The position numbers and the translations under genes are program-made. 64,000 nucleotides of DNA from the NCBI GenBank assembly GCA_963710755.1, contig CAVQBK010000002.1, positions 64,001-128,000 of the forward strand, in the 5' to 3' direction. Below, one piece after another: positions 19,792 through 30,400 of the stretch (positions within the stretch are counted from its first letter, which is position 1; each line of letters opens with the position of its first letter). This DNA comes from an uncultured bacterium. GTDB lineage: Bacteria; Oederibacteriota; JAAXVQ01; JAUVAV01. The notes below the pieces were generated by a model. The model was not told the origin of the DNA, did not search any database, and saw only the letters and a list, made by a program, of their open reading frames with translations.

Positions 19792-20715
19792 TCATTGAAC
19801 AAAATCAATTTTTTCCTTTTCAGGAAAGGATTTTAGTCCCAGTATTTTTTGGGTACGGGTATTGATATAAGTAATAGCGCTGCGTGGTGTCTCAATGCTA
19901 TCCGCCATCCCGGACTTCATCATTTTTCCGGCAAGCTGGGCCGTCTGTGCACCCAGATCCTTAAAATCAGCGGAAAAAGCCATGAGTGCACCTGCCTTGA
20001 CCTGGTACACCGAAATTCCGATGAACGCTATTTTTTTCTCCAGCGTGAATTGAATCGTCTGGGCCACCACTTCGGGTTGAGCCATGGTTTCATCCACTAC
20101 TGACCAAATCACATCCACTTTGCCCAGTTGCAGCTTTTCCAAGGCCATGGCGACCTGGCTTTTTCCATCTACTGCAATAGGCATCAACGTCAGGTTCTTA
20201 TTTTTGGCTGCGGTCCGAGCCTGGTTGATGGCTTCCCGGGAAAAAGCGGGGTTATAAATGACACCTACTTTCTTTGTCCCTGGGATCAATTTTTCAATTT
20301 TTTCAAATTGATCTTCCGGCGCCACCTGCATTAAGACGCCACCAGCCTTTTGCCCCTTTAAATGATGGCTGTCCAACACCATGGTATACAACACAGGAAT
20401 CTTCGCCGTCAAATAAGTTTCAGCGCTATGGAGTGCTTCTGAACCAATGCAGACCACTTCACTAAAGACCTCGGGACTTAGGGAAGCCATGATCTGCTGG
20501 CCTCGCTCTAATTTCCCCTCCATATTAAACGTTTGGATCTCTGAAGGTGACTTGCTTTCAAAGCCCTGCGCCGCCAGCTGATAAGGCCCTAGTGAGCGGC
20601 TTAAAACCAAAGCCACTTTCTTGCCCCAAGCCGGCTGCTGGCAAACCGCCACACTCATCCCGGCCAACAGCACGCTGATGGCAACTTTGAACATAAATAG
20701 TTTCTTGTTTTGCAT
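19792..20715 (-). CDS. ABC_sub_bind-type substrate-binding protein (orphan)
   Basis: Signal peptide; KKVGVIYNP, VKAGAL, DFKDLGAQTAQLA, YINTRT..LGL. Confidence 0.82.
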   Translation of the reverse strand: MQNKKLFMFKVAISVLLAGMSVAVCQQPAWGKKVALVLSRSLGPYQLAAQGFESKSPSEIQTFNMEGKLERGQQIMASLSPEVFSEVVCIGSEALHSAETYLTAKIPVLYTMVLDSHHLKGQKAGGVLMQVAPEDQFEKIEKLIPGTKKVGVIYNPAFSREAINQARTAAKNKNLTLMPIAVDGKSQVAMALEKLQLGKVDVIWSVVDETMAQPEVVAQTIQFTLEKKIAFIGISVYQVKAGALMAFSADFKDLGAQTAQLAGKMMKSGMADSIETPRSAITYINTRTQKILGLKSFPEKEKIDFVQ

Positions 20716-20746
20716 AATCCTACCACCTGCACTTCTTAAAAGAGGC

Positions 20747-21115
20747 TCAGTCTTGCTTCATCCGTTTAAGCCAAAACGCTGCGGCCAACCCCCAGACAGC
20801 GTTAAAGATAATAACTTTGAGAAACGTCCAGGAGCCCAGTTCCATGCCAAACGCCCCTTGGTGCCGGGCCGGAAAGACGATCAGCCATTGCACTACCGTG
20901 GGGGCCAGACTAAAAAGCAACCCGCGTAGATAAATGTTCATACGCTTTAGAGGCAGTAAAAACATCATGCCCCACAGGCCGCCCCATACCATGCGTTGGT
21001 AAACCATGGGTGGTGCCATCGCCTGCGTGTACCACCCCACCACCAGCGCATTCATTAACCCGCCTATCGTACCCGACGAAAACAACAAGGATAACCGCTT
21101 GATTGCCTCAGCCAT
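20747..21115 (-). CDS. small conserved membrane protein
   Basis: Four hydrophobic segments; YQRMVWGGLWG and FNAVWG motifs. Confidence 0.7.
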   Translation of the reverse strand: MAEAIKRLSLLFSSGTIGGLMNALVVGWYTQAMAPPMVYQRMVWGGLWGMMFLLPLKRMNIYLRGLLFSLAPTVVQWLIVFPARHQGAFGMELGSWTFLKVIIFNAVWGLAAAFWLKRMKQD

Positions 21116-21328
21116 CACCGCCCCCTTATGCTTCAAGTCACTATAGGCTTTTAATATCCAATATTAATAGTATATCCAAAATAAAAATCTAATGCAATTC
21201 CCTGCTTTACAAGGCGGTCAAGGTGACCCTCATCCTAAAGAGTACCGGTCCTATAAAGAGTTAACTTAACATGATTTTCTTCCGAAAATTAATGCAGGTT
21301 AGTATTTTATAAGGAGGACTTCGACACC

Positions 21329-21910
21329 ATGGACCCGCTCAAGGACAATAAAATCCACATGAAAGGCGCGGCGTGGCTGGACACCATCGCCGCCACCAAT
21401 AGCCTATGTGATGCCCAAGGTATTGAAAAAACCAAAGCCGCCTTAAACGATCAAGACCGCGAGGCCTTGTTTGGCAAAAAAATCCTCCCCATCTCCTGGG
21501 TGGATTTCACCGCCGTCTTAAATTTCATTGGTATGCTTGACCTGCAATTGGGCAAAGGAGATGGTCAGTTGGTGGCGGACATTTCGAGCCACATGGCGGT
21601 AAATGAGTTCAAAGGGTTCTACAAGTTATTTATGAAACTTAGTTCACCTGAATTCGTTCTGAATAACGCTCCTCGCATTTTCCGTCAACAATTCGACCGA
21701 GGACAGGTCATGGTTCAATGGCCTGAACGGGGTCACGGTATTCTGGTTTTCCATGACTTTGAGGTCACGGCTTCCCATCATGAAAAAATGTTTATGGCCT
21801 TTCATCGCCAAGCCCTGACCTTGTCCGGTGCTAAAAACATTAAAGGCATTCATTCCAAATGCATCAATCGCGGTGATGAACACTGTGAATACGACTATCA
21901 CTGGGATTAA
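21329..21910 (+). CDS. DUF2378/V4R-like ligand-binding protein
   Basis: AAGGAGG RBS; KILPISW, SPEFVL..APRIFRQ..DRG, C-terminal KCINRGDEHCEY (V4R-like). Family assignment is by resemblance. Confidence 0.6.
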   Translation: MDPLKDNKIHMKGAAWLDTIAATNSLCDAQGIEKTKAALNDQDREALFGKKILPISWVDFTAVLNFIGMLDLQLGKGDGQLVADISSHMAVNEFKGFYKLFMKLSSPEFVLNNAPRIFRQQFDRGQVMVQWPERGHGILVFHDFEVTASHHEKMFMAFHRQALTLSGAKNIKGIHSKCINRGDEHCEYDYHWD

Positions 21911-21985
21911 GATTCCATCAGGTTAAAAAGTATTCTTCCCCTTGAATAGACTGGGGCACCATCAGTTGGGGCAGGCTTTTCTAGC

Positions 21986-22080
21986 CGTCACCCCGGCATG
22001 CTTTCAGCCGGGGTCGAGGAAAATCCTTAAAAACAAGGGTACTTCCGGATTCTGTTTAAAAGCCTAACAGGATGATGAAC
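21986..22080. repeat. REP-like palindromic intergenic element, copy A
   Basis: gtcaccccggc...gccggggtc hairpin, then ccttaaaaacaagg...ggattc...ggatgatgaac. Similar to 31975-32055. Confidence 0.5.
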
Positions 22081-22146
22081 TAAAAAAGGCAGATACGGCA
22101 CAGTCTCGAAGAGGCTGGAGACAGCCAGCAGGGTGGCGACTCACGG

Positions 22147-23460
22147 TTATAACAAATCAGCTGCCAAAGCCGCCAGAGGCGAGCGTTCACTCTTGGTCAG
22201 CGTAATATGCCCGAAAAGACTCTGGGACTTGAAATGTTCCACCAAATAAGTGAGGCCATTGGAATTGGAATCCAGGTAAGGGTTGTCAATCTGGTAAGGA
22301 TCACCGGTTAACACCACTTTGGTGCCGTCGCCGGCGCGGGAAACAATGGTTTTGACTTCATGAGGCGTCAGGTTTTGTGCTTCATCGACAATTATAAATT
22401 GCTTGGGGATGGAGCGGCCGCGAATATAAGTCAGGGATTCAAGAATAATCTTGCCGCTTTCCAGTAAATAGCGCAAGGTGCCTTCCCCGCTTTCCTCGGA
22501 CTCGCCGTTATGATCCATGAGAAATTCGAGGTTATCGAAAATAGGTTGCATCCAGGGCGCAATCTTTTCCTCCTTGGTGCCTGGCAGATAGCCTAGGTCC
22601 CGTCCAAGGGGAATAACCGGCCGGCTTACCAAAATCCGGCGGTAATGGCGTTCATCCAAGGTGCAGCGCAGCGCTGCGGCCACCGCCAGCAGGGTCTTGC
22701 CCGTGCCCGCCGAACCCACCAACGTGACCAATGGGATATCATTGTCCAGCAGCAATTCGAGCGCAAACTTTTGTTTTAAATTCTTAGCCTTAATGCTCCA
22801 GACCTCCTGCTCGCCGGAAACCAGCGGCACCAGACACTGCTCTTTCCAGTGCACCTTACCCACCGCGCTCTGTTTGGAACCATTGCTGTCTTTAAGCAGG
22901 ATAAATTGATTGGGATAAAATCCGTCGGCTTGGTTGAGGGCCAGTTTTTTTTCGGTATAAAACTGATTTATTTGGTCTCCTGAAATTTCCAGGTTGCCCA
23001 CCCCGGTATACAATTCATCAATGTTGACTTTTTGACTCTCGAAATCCTCTGCCACCACGCCAAAAGCATCGGCTTTGACGCGTAAGTTAACATCCTTGGT
23101 AATCAGTTTGACCTGATCCATACCTTGCGCTTGCAGGGATTTGGCCAGCGATAGAATGAGGTTGTCATTTTTATTCTGAGTCAGGCCGGCCAGATGCATA
23201 TCGGGCATTTCAATAGCCACTTGCAGAACACCGCCGTTGTCCATGGTAATGCCTTTGGCCAACGAGCCCTTGCCGCGCAAGCCGTCAATGAATCGGGAGA
23301 CCGCGCGGGCATGCTTGCCCTTTTCGTCATTGCCTTTCTTGAACCGGTCCAATTCTTCCAAAGCTACGATGGGCACCACGACCCGGTTGGCACCAAAAGT
23401 GGAAATGGCTTGGGGATTGTGCAGGAGAACATTGGTATCCAAAATAAAGGTTTTAGCCAT
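22147..23460 (-). CDS. PIN-PhoH (PhoH2/YlaK-type) protein
   Basis: PIN ILDTNVLLH, ELD, NDNLI, TKDVNLR; PhoH GSAGTGKT, GYLPG, RGRS, DEAQN, GDPYQID. Confidence 0.93.
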   Translation of the reverse strand: MAKTFILDTNVLLHNPQAISTFGANRVVVPIVALEELDRFKKGNDEKGKHARAVSRFIDGLRGKGSLAKGITMDNGGVLQVAIEMPDMHLAGLTQNKNDNLILSLAKSLQAQGMDQVKLITKDVNLRVKADAFGVVAEDFESQKVNIDELYTGVGNLEISGDQINQFYTEKKLALNQADGFYPNQFILLKDSNGSKQSAVGKVHWKEQCLVPLVSGEQEVWSIKAKNLKQKFALELLLDNDIPLVTLVGSAGTGKTLLAVAAALRCTLDERHYRRILVSRPVIPLGRDLGYLPGTKEEKIAPWMQPIFDNLEFLMDHNGESEESGEGTLRYLLESGKIILESLTYIRGRSIPKQFIIVDEAQNLTPHEVKTIVSRAGDGTKVVLTGDPYQIDNPYLDSNSNGLTYLVEHFKSQSLFGHITLTKSERSPLAALAADLL

Positions 23461-23526
23461 TCAAACGTGTGCTCCTCTCGGCTTCGCTGCCGGCGATATC
23501 CAAACAAATGCGGCGTGGCGGCCAGA

Positions 23527-24447
23527 TTATAATACTTTATCCAACCAATGGTTCTTATCTTCCAGTTCTCCCCGGATGACGCCAAAAAAGGTGTCCTGGA
23601 TTTTTTTAGTAATCGGCCCGCGCGCACCGTTGCCGATATTAATTTTATCCACTTTGGCAATGGGTGTAATCTCGGCGGCCGTGCCGGTCATGAAGGCCTC
23701 ATCAGCCACATACAAGCTCTCTCTGGGTAGAACTTGCTGCTTGACTTTGATGTTGAGATCCCTGGCCATCTGGATCACACAATGGCGGGTGATCCCCGGT
23801 AAAATACTGGACGACGACGGCGGTGTGTAGAGGGCGCCATTCTTGACGATAAAAATATTCTCGCCCGAGCCTTCCGATAAATATCCAAAAGAATCCAGGG
23901 CAATGCCTTCGTCAAAGCCGTCCTGGATGGCTTCCATCTTGACCAATTGGGAATTCATATAATTGGCCGCCACCTTGGCCATGGTGGGCATGGTGTTGGG
24001 CGCCGGCCGGTTCCAGGAGCTGATACGCACGGACGCGCCTTTTTCCATGGCCTCCGCACCCAGATAGGCTCCCCATTCCCAAGCGGCAATGGCCGTAACG
24101 ACAGGGCAGTTGAAAGGATTGAGGCCCAACGAATGATAGCCGCGAAACACAAACGGCCTGATGTAAGCCTCCTTAAGGTTATTGGCCACCAAGGTTTCCT
24201 TGACTGCCGTGCACACCTCATCAAGGGTATAGGGAATCTCCATCCGATAAATTTTAGCGGAATCAAACAGGCGTTTGATGTGCTCCCGTAAGCGCATTAC
24301 ATAGGAGCCATTCTTATTGGCATACATGCGCAGGCCGTCAAAAGCACACGATCCATAATGAAGGGCATGGGTCAGGACGTGCATGTTGGCTTCTTTCCAG
24401 GGCACCAGCTTACCGTCCATCCAAATATAGGTTGCGTCGAAGCTCAT
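23527..24447 (-). CDS. ilvE: branched-chain amino acid aminotransferase
   Basis: [33 protein letters not shown]. Confidence 0.95.
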   Translation of the reverse strand: MSFDATYIWMDGKLVPWKEANMHVLTHALHYGSCAFDGLRMYANKNGSYVMRLREHIKRLFDSAKIYRMEIPYTLDEVCTAVKETLVANNLKEAYIRPFVFRGYHSLGLNPFNCPVVTAIAAWEWGAYLGAEAMEKGASVRISSWNRPAPNTMPTMAKVAANYMNSQLVKMEAIQDGFDEGIALDSFGYLSEGSGENIFIVKNGALYTPPSSSSILPGITRHCVIQMARDLNIKVKQQVLPRESLYVADEAFMTGTAAEITPIAKVDKINIGNGARGPITKKIQDTFFGVIRGELEDKNHWLDKVL

Positions 24448-24540
24448 GGGTTGATCCTCCGTTACCGAATAAAATAATAAATCGGTATCATACCTTGCAG
24501 CCAGGGGATTAGCAAGTTTTTTGATTTAACACTACTGTGA

Positions 24541-24978
24541 TTACATATTCTGCTTGAGCCATAACTGTTCAAACCATTGGATGATGGAACGGTTTTCCTG
24601 GCTGATCTGGAGAAACTTAACGCCCGCTTGATAACGATGGGCGGAGCCGGGATTGGCCTGGGCAATCCAGCACACCACCACCTCTACTTCCACATCTTTA
24701 ACCTGTTTGCGATGCGCCAGGGTCAGCTTGATTTTCAAACGTGTGCCCACAGGCAGGTTGTCCTGAACGTAGATCATCAACCCCCCTTGGGAAGCATTGG
24801 CCGTCATACCCTGGGGTGCCCCCCGGCCCTGCTGGAGCCCAGACTGATTCAACACTTCCTCGCCGTCGGACACGGGGTCTTCCGCCAAGGGATGCTGCAC
24901 ATGATAACTAAAAGGCAGATGAATGGTAAAACGCGGAAAAATACGTCGTTCGAATTCCATATCGCCATAATTAGTCAT
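24541..24978 (-). CDS. PilZ domain protein
   Basis: ERRIFPR (RxxxR), NASQGG ([D/N]xSxxG), GVKF. GGAGG RBS. Confidence 0.85.
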   Translation of the reverse strand: MTNYGDMEFERRIFPRFTIHLPFSYHVQHPLAEDPVSDGEEVLNQSGLQQGRGAPQGMTANASQGGLMIYVQDNLPVGTRLKIKLTLAHRKQVKDVEVEVVVCWIAQANPGSAHRYQAGVKFLQISQENRSIIQWFEQLWLKQNM

Positions 24979-25064
24979 GGTCCCTCCTAGATGAAGCGAC
25001 ACTGTAACGGGCTCAGCCTGTCAAAGTTGTTTATGCCCGGAATAAGGTCAAGCACCCCGGCTTT

Positions 25065-25451
25065 TCAACCAACGCTGGCGTTGTCCTGTTCGCCTTGCCA
25101 TTCAGTCAGAAATCGTTGCCATAGCTTAAAAGAGTCAGGCGGGATCTCAATAAATTTCAACCCCGCCCGGCAAAGCCACTCACTCTCGCTTTCATCAGTG
25201 ATGACCCAGACCACCTCGGTCTTGACATGGAAAACATGTTTGCCGTCCGAGCAGGGGAGCAGCATGGTCACTTCCAACAAGTCACCCTTGTTCACAAAGT
25301 GCGGCAAAAAAGCCATCATCCCGCCCAGAGATACATTGGAAGATACGCCGTCGTTCTGGCTCAGATCATGTTTTTGAAAAGCGATGGGAATCGAAAAATT
25401 CAACCTGGGATATTGTCTGCGGTCAAATTGCGCACTGGCATATTCTTTCAT
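25065..25451 (-). CDS. PilZ domain protein
   Basis: DRRQYPR, NVSLGG, EVVW, GLKF. Confidence 0.88.
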   Translation of the reverse strand: MKEYASAQFDRRQYPRLNFSIPIAFQKHDLSQNDGVSSNVSLGGMMAFLPHFVNKGDLLEVTMLLPCSDGKHVFHVKTEVVWVITDESESEWLCRAGLKFIEIPPDSFKLWQRFLTEWQGEQDNASVG

Positions 25452-25499
25452 TGATAAAACCCCCTTACACGACCTTGCCTAGGGCAGGTGGATTAAACC

Positions 25500-26855
25500 T
25501 TATAGTTCCCGAAGTTTAAGGTCCTCCAGGTATTGACGCCGCGCCTGCTTAAGGCGCTGCATAAGCACACGAACTTTGCCCTGGTTGGCCACGGCCTCGG
25601 TTTCCGGCTGGTGATTCCTGACCGGTGCCCCGGTCTGTTCCAAGCGTTCGATAATTTCCGCCACTGGCAGGATACCAATATTGATGGCCGGAATAATTTG
25701 TTCCTGTTGCTCATGACCGAGCATAATGACCAAGCCGGCGTCGTTCATCCAATTAAGCACAGAGCGCGCCAGACGGATAGATACCCGATGCTGCTCAGCC
25801 AGACTCACATCCTGCCAGCGTTTGCCACCATTATTGTACACTTGGTCAATATCCTTTAGGAACGCCAACGCCAACTCAAAACGGCTCTCCAAATTAACGC
25901 TGGTGCTTTCCTGCTCCCGTTTGTAAATCGAGACATTTTGCAGAGCAAATGAAAACTCAGCCCCAAAGAGCACAATCACCCAGGAAAAATAAATCCAGAT
26001 TAACATAAACGGAATCTGGGCAAAGGTACCATAGAGCACATTGTAGCGCGTCATACCCACTTGCAGGCTGACATAACCCCATTGGGCCAGCTGCCAGACC
26101 ATGCCCGCAAAAATGCCGGCCATTAACGCCGGCCAAAACTTGACCCTGGTATTGGGCATAAACAGATATAAGAAGGTGAAAAAAATACTCAGCATGACAA
26201 AGGGCAGCACCTTCAGGATGGAGATCACCAGGGTGCCCAGCCCCGGCTGGCTGGTCATCCAGGTCATGATGGCATTGCTTTTAAAAGAAGCGGTCAGGGA
26301 GATGACCACAAAGAAAACAATGGGCAGCAGGATCAAAAAGGAAAAGTAATCCGAAATTTTTCGGATGGTGGACCGGTGTTTTTTTAATCCCCAGATGTCA
26401 TTAAAGGTGATTTCCATATTATTCAGCATGGAAAATACTACGACCATCAACACCACCAATCCAATAGCACCGAGTGAGTTGATGTTGACATGATCAATAT
26501 ACCCGATAATCTGAGAAGCAATATCCTGCGAGCCCACGGCCAGGCGTTGCAGCAATGCGGCCTCCAGGCGTTTTTGCACGCCCAGACCTTTTAAAATAGA
26601 AAAGGTAAAGGCCAACAGCGGCACAATAGAAAGTAATGTCCAATAAGTAAGCGCGCTGGCACGAACCAACAGCTTGTCGCGAATAGCGCCTTCGCCCACC
26701 ATATATAACACCTGCAGGGTTTTCACCACCAGACGCCGCATTTGGTTGAGTCCGGCAATATCCAATATCCAGAGATCACGCCGTAAAAATTGAATCACTT
26801 GGCGCACAACCCGGGTGATCACGGTTTCTTTTTTTTTCTGTTCCTTGGGACTCAA
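25500..26855 (-). CDS. YihY/BrkB family membrane protein with C-terminal winged-helix-like extension
   Basis: RASALTYWTLLSIVP, FNDIWG, MPNTRVK, YNVLYGTFA, LFGAE. Confidence 0.9.
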   Translation of the reverse strand: MSPKEQKKKETVITRVVRQVIQFLRRDLWILDIAGLNQMRRLVVKTLQVLYMVGEGAIRDKLLVRASALTYWTLLSIVPLLAFTFSILKGLGVQKRLEAALLQRLAVGSQDIASQIIGYIDHVNINSLGAIGLVVLMVVVFSMLNNMEITFNDIWGLKKHRSTIRKISDYFSFLILLPIVFFVVISLTASFKSNAIMTWMTSQPGLGTLVISILKVLPFVMLSIFFTFLYLFMPNTRVKFWPALMAGIFAGMVWQLAQWGYVSLQVGMTRYNVLYGTFAQIPFMLIWIYFSWVIVLFGAEFSFALQNVSIYKREQESTSVNLESRFELALAFLKDIDQVYNNGGKRWQDVSLAEQHRVSIRLARSVLNWMNDAGLVIMLGHEQQEQIIPAINIGILPVAEIIERLEQTGAPVRNHQPETEAVANQGKVRVLMQRLKQARRQYLEDLKLREL

Positions 26856-27009
26856 AGCTATACAGCCTCCATAAGCTTGTTAGCATCCACGCCGACAACG
26901 CTTGCACCCGCGGCATTCTTCAACCGGAGGTATAAAAAACCAGGGCCGATTGAATGAGCAAGGGCACTGTAGTTGAAAATCTCTAAAAATTATTTCTGTT
27001 TCCCGTCTT

Positions 27010-27432
27010 CTAGGTGTACATGCCCGAATCGGGCTGGTCCAATTCAAATTCCACCAGAAAGGCTTTTAATAACTGGCGTTCAGCAGGTTCCAAATCTAAA
27101 AATTGGATACCAATAACAAAGCCACCCTGGCTGGCAGGTTTGGACCACGCTACCCGGGATAACAGATTAACCTCCGCTGATTCCGTCAAGCGTCCACGAT
27201 CCAGATCTTCTTTGTCCGGCAACATCAAGGTTAGCATAAGCAACTGCCCGGGTTTAAGGTCACGATCACTCATCATGGCCAAACCACCGGCTCCCAGATC
27301 TTCGGCTAAATCATTCTGTATGGGAGATACATAATCCTTGTCCAGACACTGAAAACGAAGTTTGAGATGCATGGCCCGCCGTTCATAACGGCGCCGTTCC
27401 GCTTTGGTCTTGGCTTCGTAAACCGATGCCAT
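27010..27432 (-). CDS. PilZ domain protein
   Basis: ERRRYER, DLGAGG, RVAW, GIQF. Confidence 0.83.
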   Translation of the reverse strand: MASVYEAKTKAERRRYERRAMHLKLRFQCLDKDYVSPIQNDLAEDLGAGGLAMMSDRDLKPGQLLMLTLMLPDKEDLDRGRLTESAEVNLLSRVAWSKPASQGGFVIGIQFLDLEPAERQLLKAFLVEFELDQPDSGMYT

Positions 27433-27475
27433 GGAATTCCTCCTTCTCGCTTTACCTGCCGGGCTACCGTGATCT

Positions 27476-30400
27476 TTACTTTTGGCCGGGCTTGCCGGCC
27501 TCAGATTTGGCTGCAGGCGCCTGACTGAGTTCAGGAATATCTTTAACCGCCAACACCTGCAGGCTTTTCCATTGCCACCCGCCGGCAGGCATGACTAAAG
27601 TAAGCTGCTTGAGGCTGCCGGCCCAAACCCAGGCAGGCAGGCTGCCCACCCGAAAGACATAGGTCTCTTCCTGGCCGCTGCCTTTTAAGAGGAATTGCAA
27701 GCCGTCATGATCCGACGCTTTGCCCCATAACAGCTTGGCGGTCCGGCCCTGAAGCCGGGGCGATGCCCTCAGTGTCAGTCTGAGCACATTACCATCGGCT
27801 GCCTTATTGGCTTTGGCATTCATCACCAGGCTGACCTGCCCCACACCATCAGCCACTTCCACACCCTGGGCGCTGGCCGTCACTGTCAGCCCATGCGCAT
27901 CCACGTCACTTTTATCTTTCACGATATACTGATCTACGCCATTACCCTGACCGCTGGCATATTTGGCCTCCTGCCCCATGGTCAGCGGCATATAGGCCAG
28001 GGACACCATCCGTTTCATGGCCTGTACGGCCTGAGGTTCAGGGTTGAGCTCACCATCCCGTGGGAGCATGATAACCGTCTGACCAATTTTTTTGATGGGC
28101 ACATATTTTTTAAGAAGATATTCGGAAAGTGCGTACTGCCGGACTTCACAGGGCAGGCCATCAAGTCCTGCTTCCCCAAGGGGCCGGCCATCAGCCACCA
28201 CCATTTTGACCTCATTCAAGTTCAGGGCACGAATGGCTGCCAGCTGCTGTTCAAAGGTGGCAATGGAGACCGTGGCCAGCGCTCTGGTCACCGGCCGGCG
28301 CGGCACCAGGAAATAAAGCAGCGGCTGGTTGGAAAAATCAAAGAAGGATTCCGCGCTGCCCACCTGCTCGTTCATATAACTTACCAGTTCATCAATCTCC
28401 CGGGCCTGGTTGGGCTGGAGGAACACATTACCCAGCAGCAGGCTTTTGGGCTTGACCAGGCCATCCACAGTGATAACTGTTTTTTGCCCAAAGCCTTCGG
28501 CCAGGGTTTTTAAATCGATGCGCCCTGCCTGAGGAATAAGCAGCAACGGCAGCAGAGCCGTCATGACCAAGCCCTTTAAGCGGGCCTGTCTGATGGTCAG
28601 CCGGAATAGATAGAACGCCGCCAGCATGGCCGCAATCGGCAGGGTTTCCAATAAAAAGGTATAGTCGCTGCGGTCTAAAAAGCGTACCCAATACAGGGTG
28701 GTAATCACCGTCAACAGCAGGATATTCCAGGGTATGGTACCGTGCTGCTTGCCGGCAAATATGGCTTTGAGGCTCTGTAGCGCGCCTATGGCAATCATGG
28801 CCGGCGGCAGGGCAAAGATCAACCACTGCATTAAACTGGGGTGATCTCCCAAGCCCGGCATAGGTAGCCCGAACACCGCACCATAATTATTCATAACCCA
28901 GGCAAAATTATCAAAATAAGCGCCCAAGCTGCCGCTCATGGCCAGATATAAAAACCAAGGCAGCAGTCCCGCCAAGGTAGCACCCAGGTACACCGCCAGT
29001 CCAGTTAAGCGCTTTTTAAGCGGTTCCCGATCAACCACCACGAAAACCACCACTAGGGTTAATTGTCCTGCCAATGCCATAATGCCGGCAGTATAGGAGG
29101 CAATGACCGACAAGGCGGTCATAAGCCCGGAAAAAATTAAAAGCAGCCAGCGATTGGATTGCAAATAGAACAAGGTGAAAATAAACCCGATCAAGGGAAA
29201 CAAAAAACGGGTATAGGGAATCATGCCCAGAGCGCCGGTCAGCATGGTCAAGGCCAATAACAAGGCCCACAGCCAGGGCATGCAAAAAATGGCAAATACA
29301 TAAATGGCGATCAACCCCAAAGGCGCCAAGTAGGAAAGCATTAAACGATAGGCTTCCAAGGTGCCGCCAAACCAATTGACAGCTGCCAATCCGCTTAACG
29401 CATCGGCAATAAAGCCATGGCGGAATAAAATGTCCTTAAACGGCAACCGTCCCATGAGAATGGCTTGGGCCGCGCCCAGGGGCTCCCCTTCCCGGAACAA
29501 CGCCAAGGGTCCCAACAGGTGATGACCGCTGAAAGCTGCGCCCATAGGCCAATAAGCCACAGCGTACAACAACAAGGGAATGGGGATGATCAACATCAAA
29601 GCCCTAAACACTTCTTCCCAAGCCGGCACCATTTCCACCTTTTTTTTGCGCAGGCTCAGCAACACCAGCGCCAAAATCACCACAGCCGCCAAAGAAGCCA
29701 CTCCTACTAAGGTAGGCATGAGCCAGGCCACTTTGGTGACGGCCACCACTTTGCCATAGGCGGTATAGGTTAATCCGCCCAAGGTTTGCAGCGGCAAGAT
29801 CGCCAGAGGCATGGCCACAAAGGCCAGTCCTACATAAACTTGGTCAAAGGTGAGTTTGGAAAAAAACAAAGCCAGGAGACCTGCCAGCAGCATGATCACG
29901 ATCCACACGGCCAGACCCACACCGAGGCTGAACCACAACCCCAGACTGGAAAACAAGCCCGGACCTGTAAGCGCCTGCAGAAACCAGCCTACCCCTGCAC
30001 CCAACACGATGATACTGCCATGGGTGAACAAGGACGCGGGCTGATAACGGTTCTCCGTGGGAAAAGCAAAATAAATTTTACGTTTGTCTTTTTTCTCCAG
30101 AATAGCCAGCAGGCTGAATCCCAAGAGCAGCAAAAGACCTGCGGCCAAAGGCGCGATCATCAAGCCCTGATTGGTGCTCAGCATGGTGATATAAGCTAGA
30201 AAAGGCGCAAATATCACGGTGGATCGTTTGAGCGCCACAGCAGCCGGCATAACCCCCAGAACACGTTGCCATTGCGCCATCATCATCCAGCCCCACTGGC
30301 CCAAGAGCACGCCCGCCACGCCACCGGCTACGATAGCCAGGGCGCGATAAACTTCTCCCGGTGTTTTCAGTCCCATGGTCAGATAGCCCACTACATTAAA

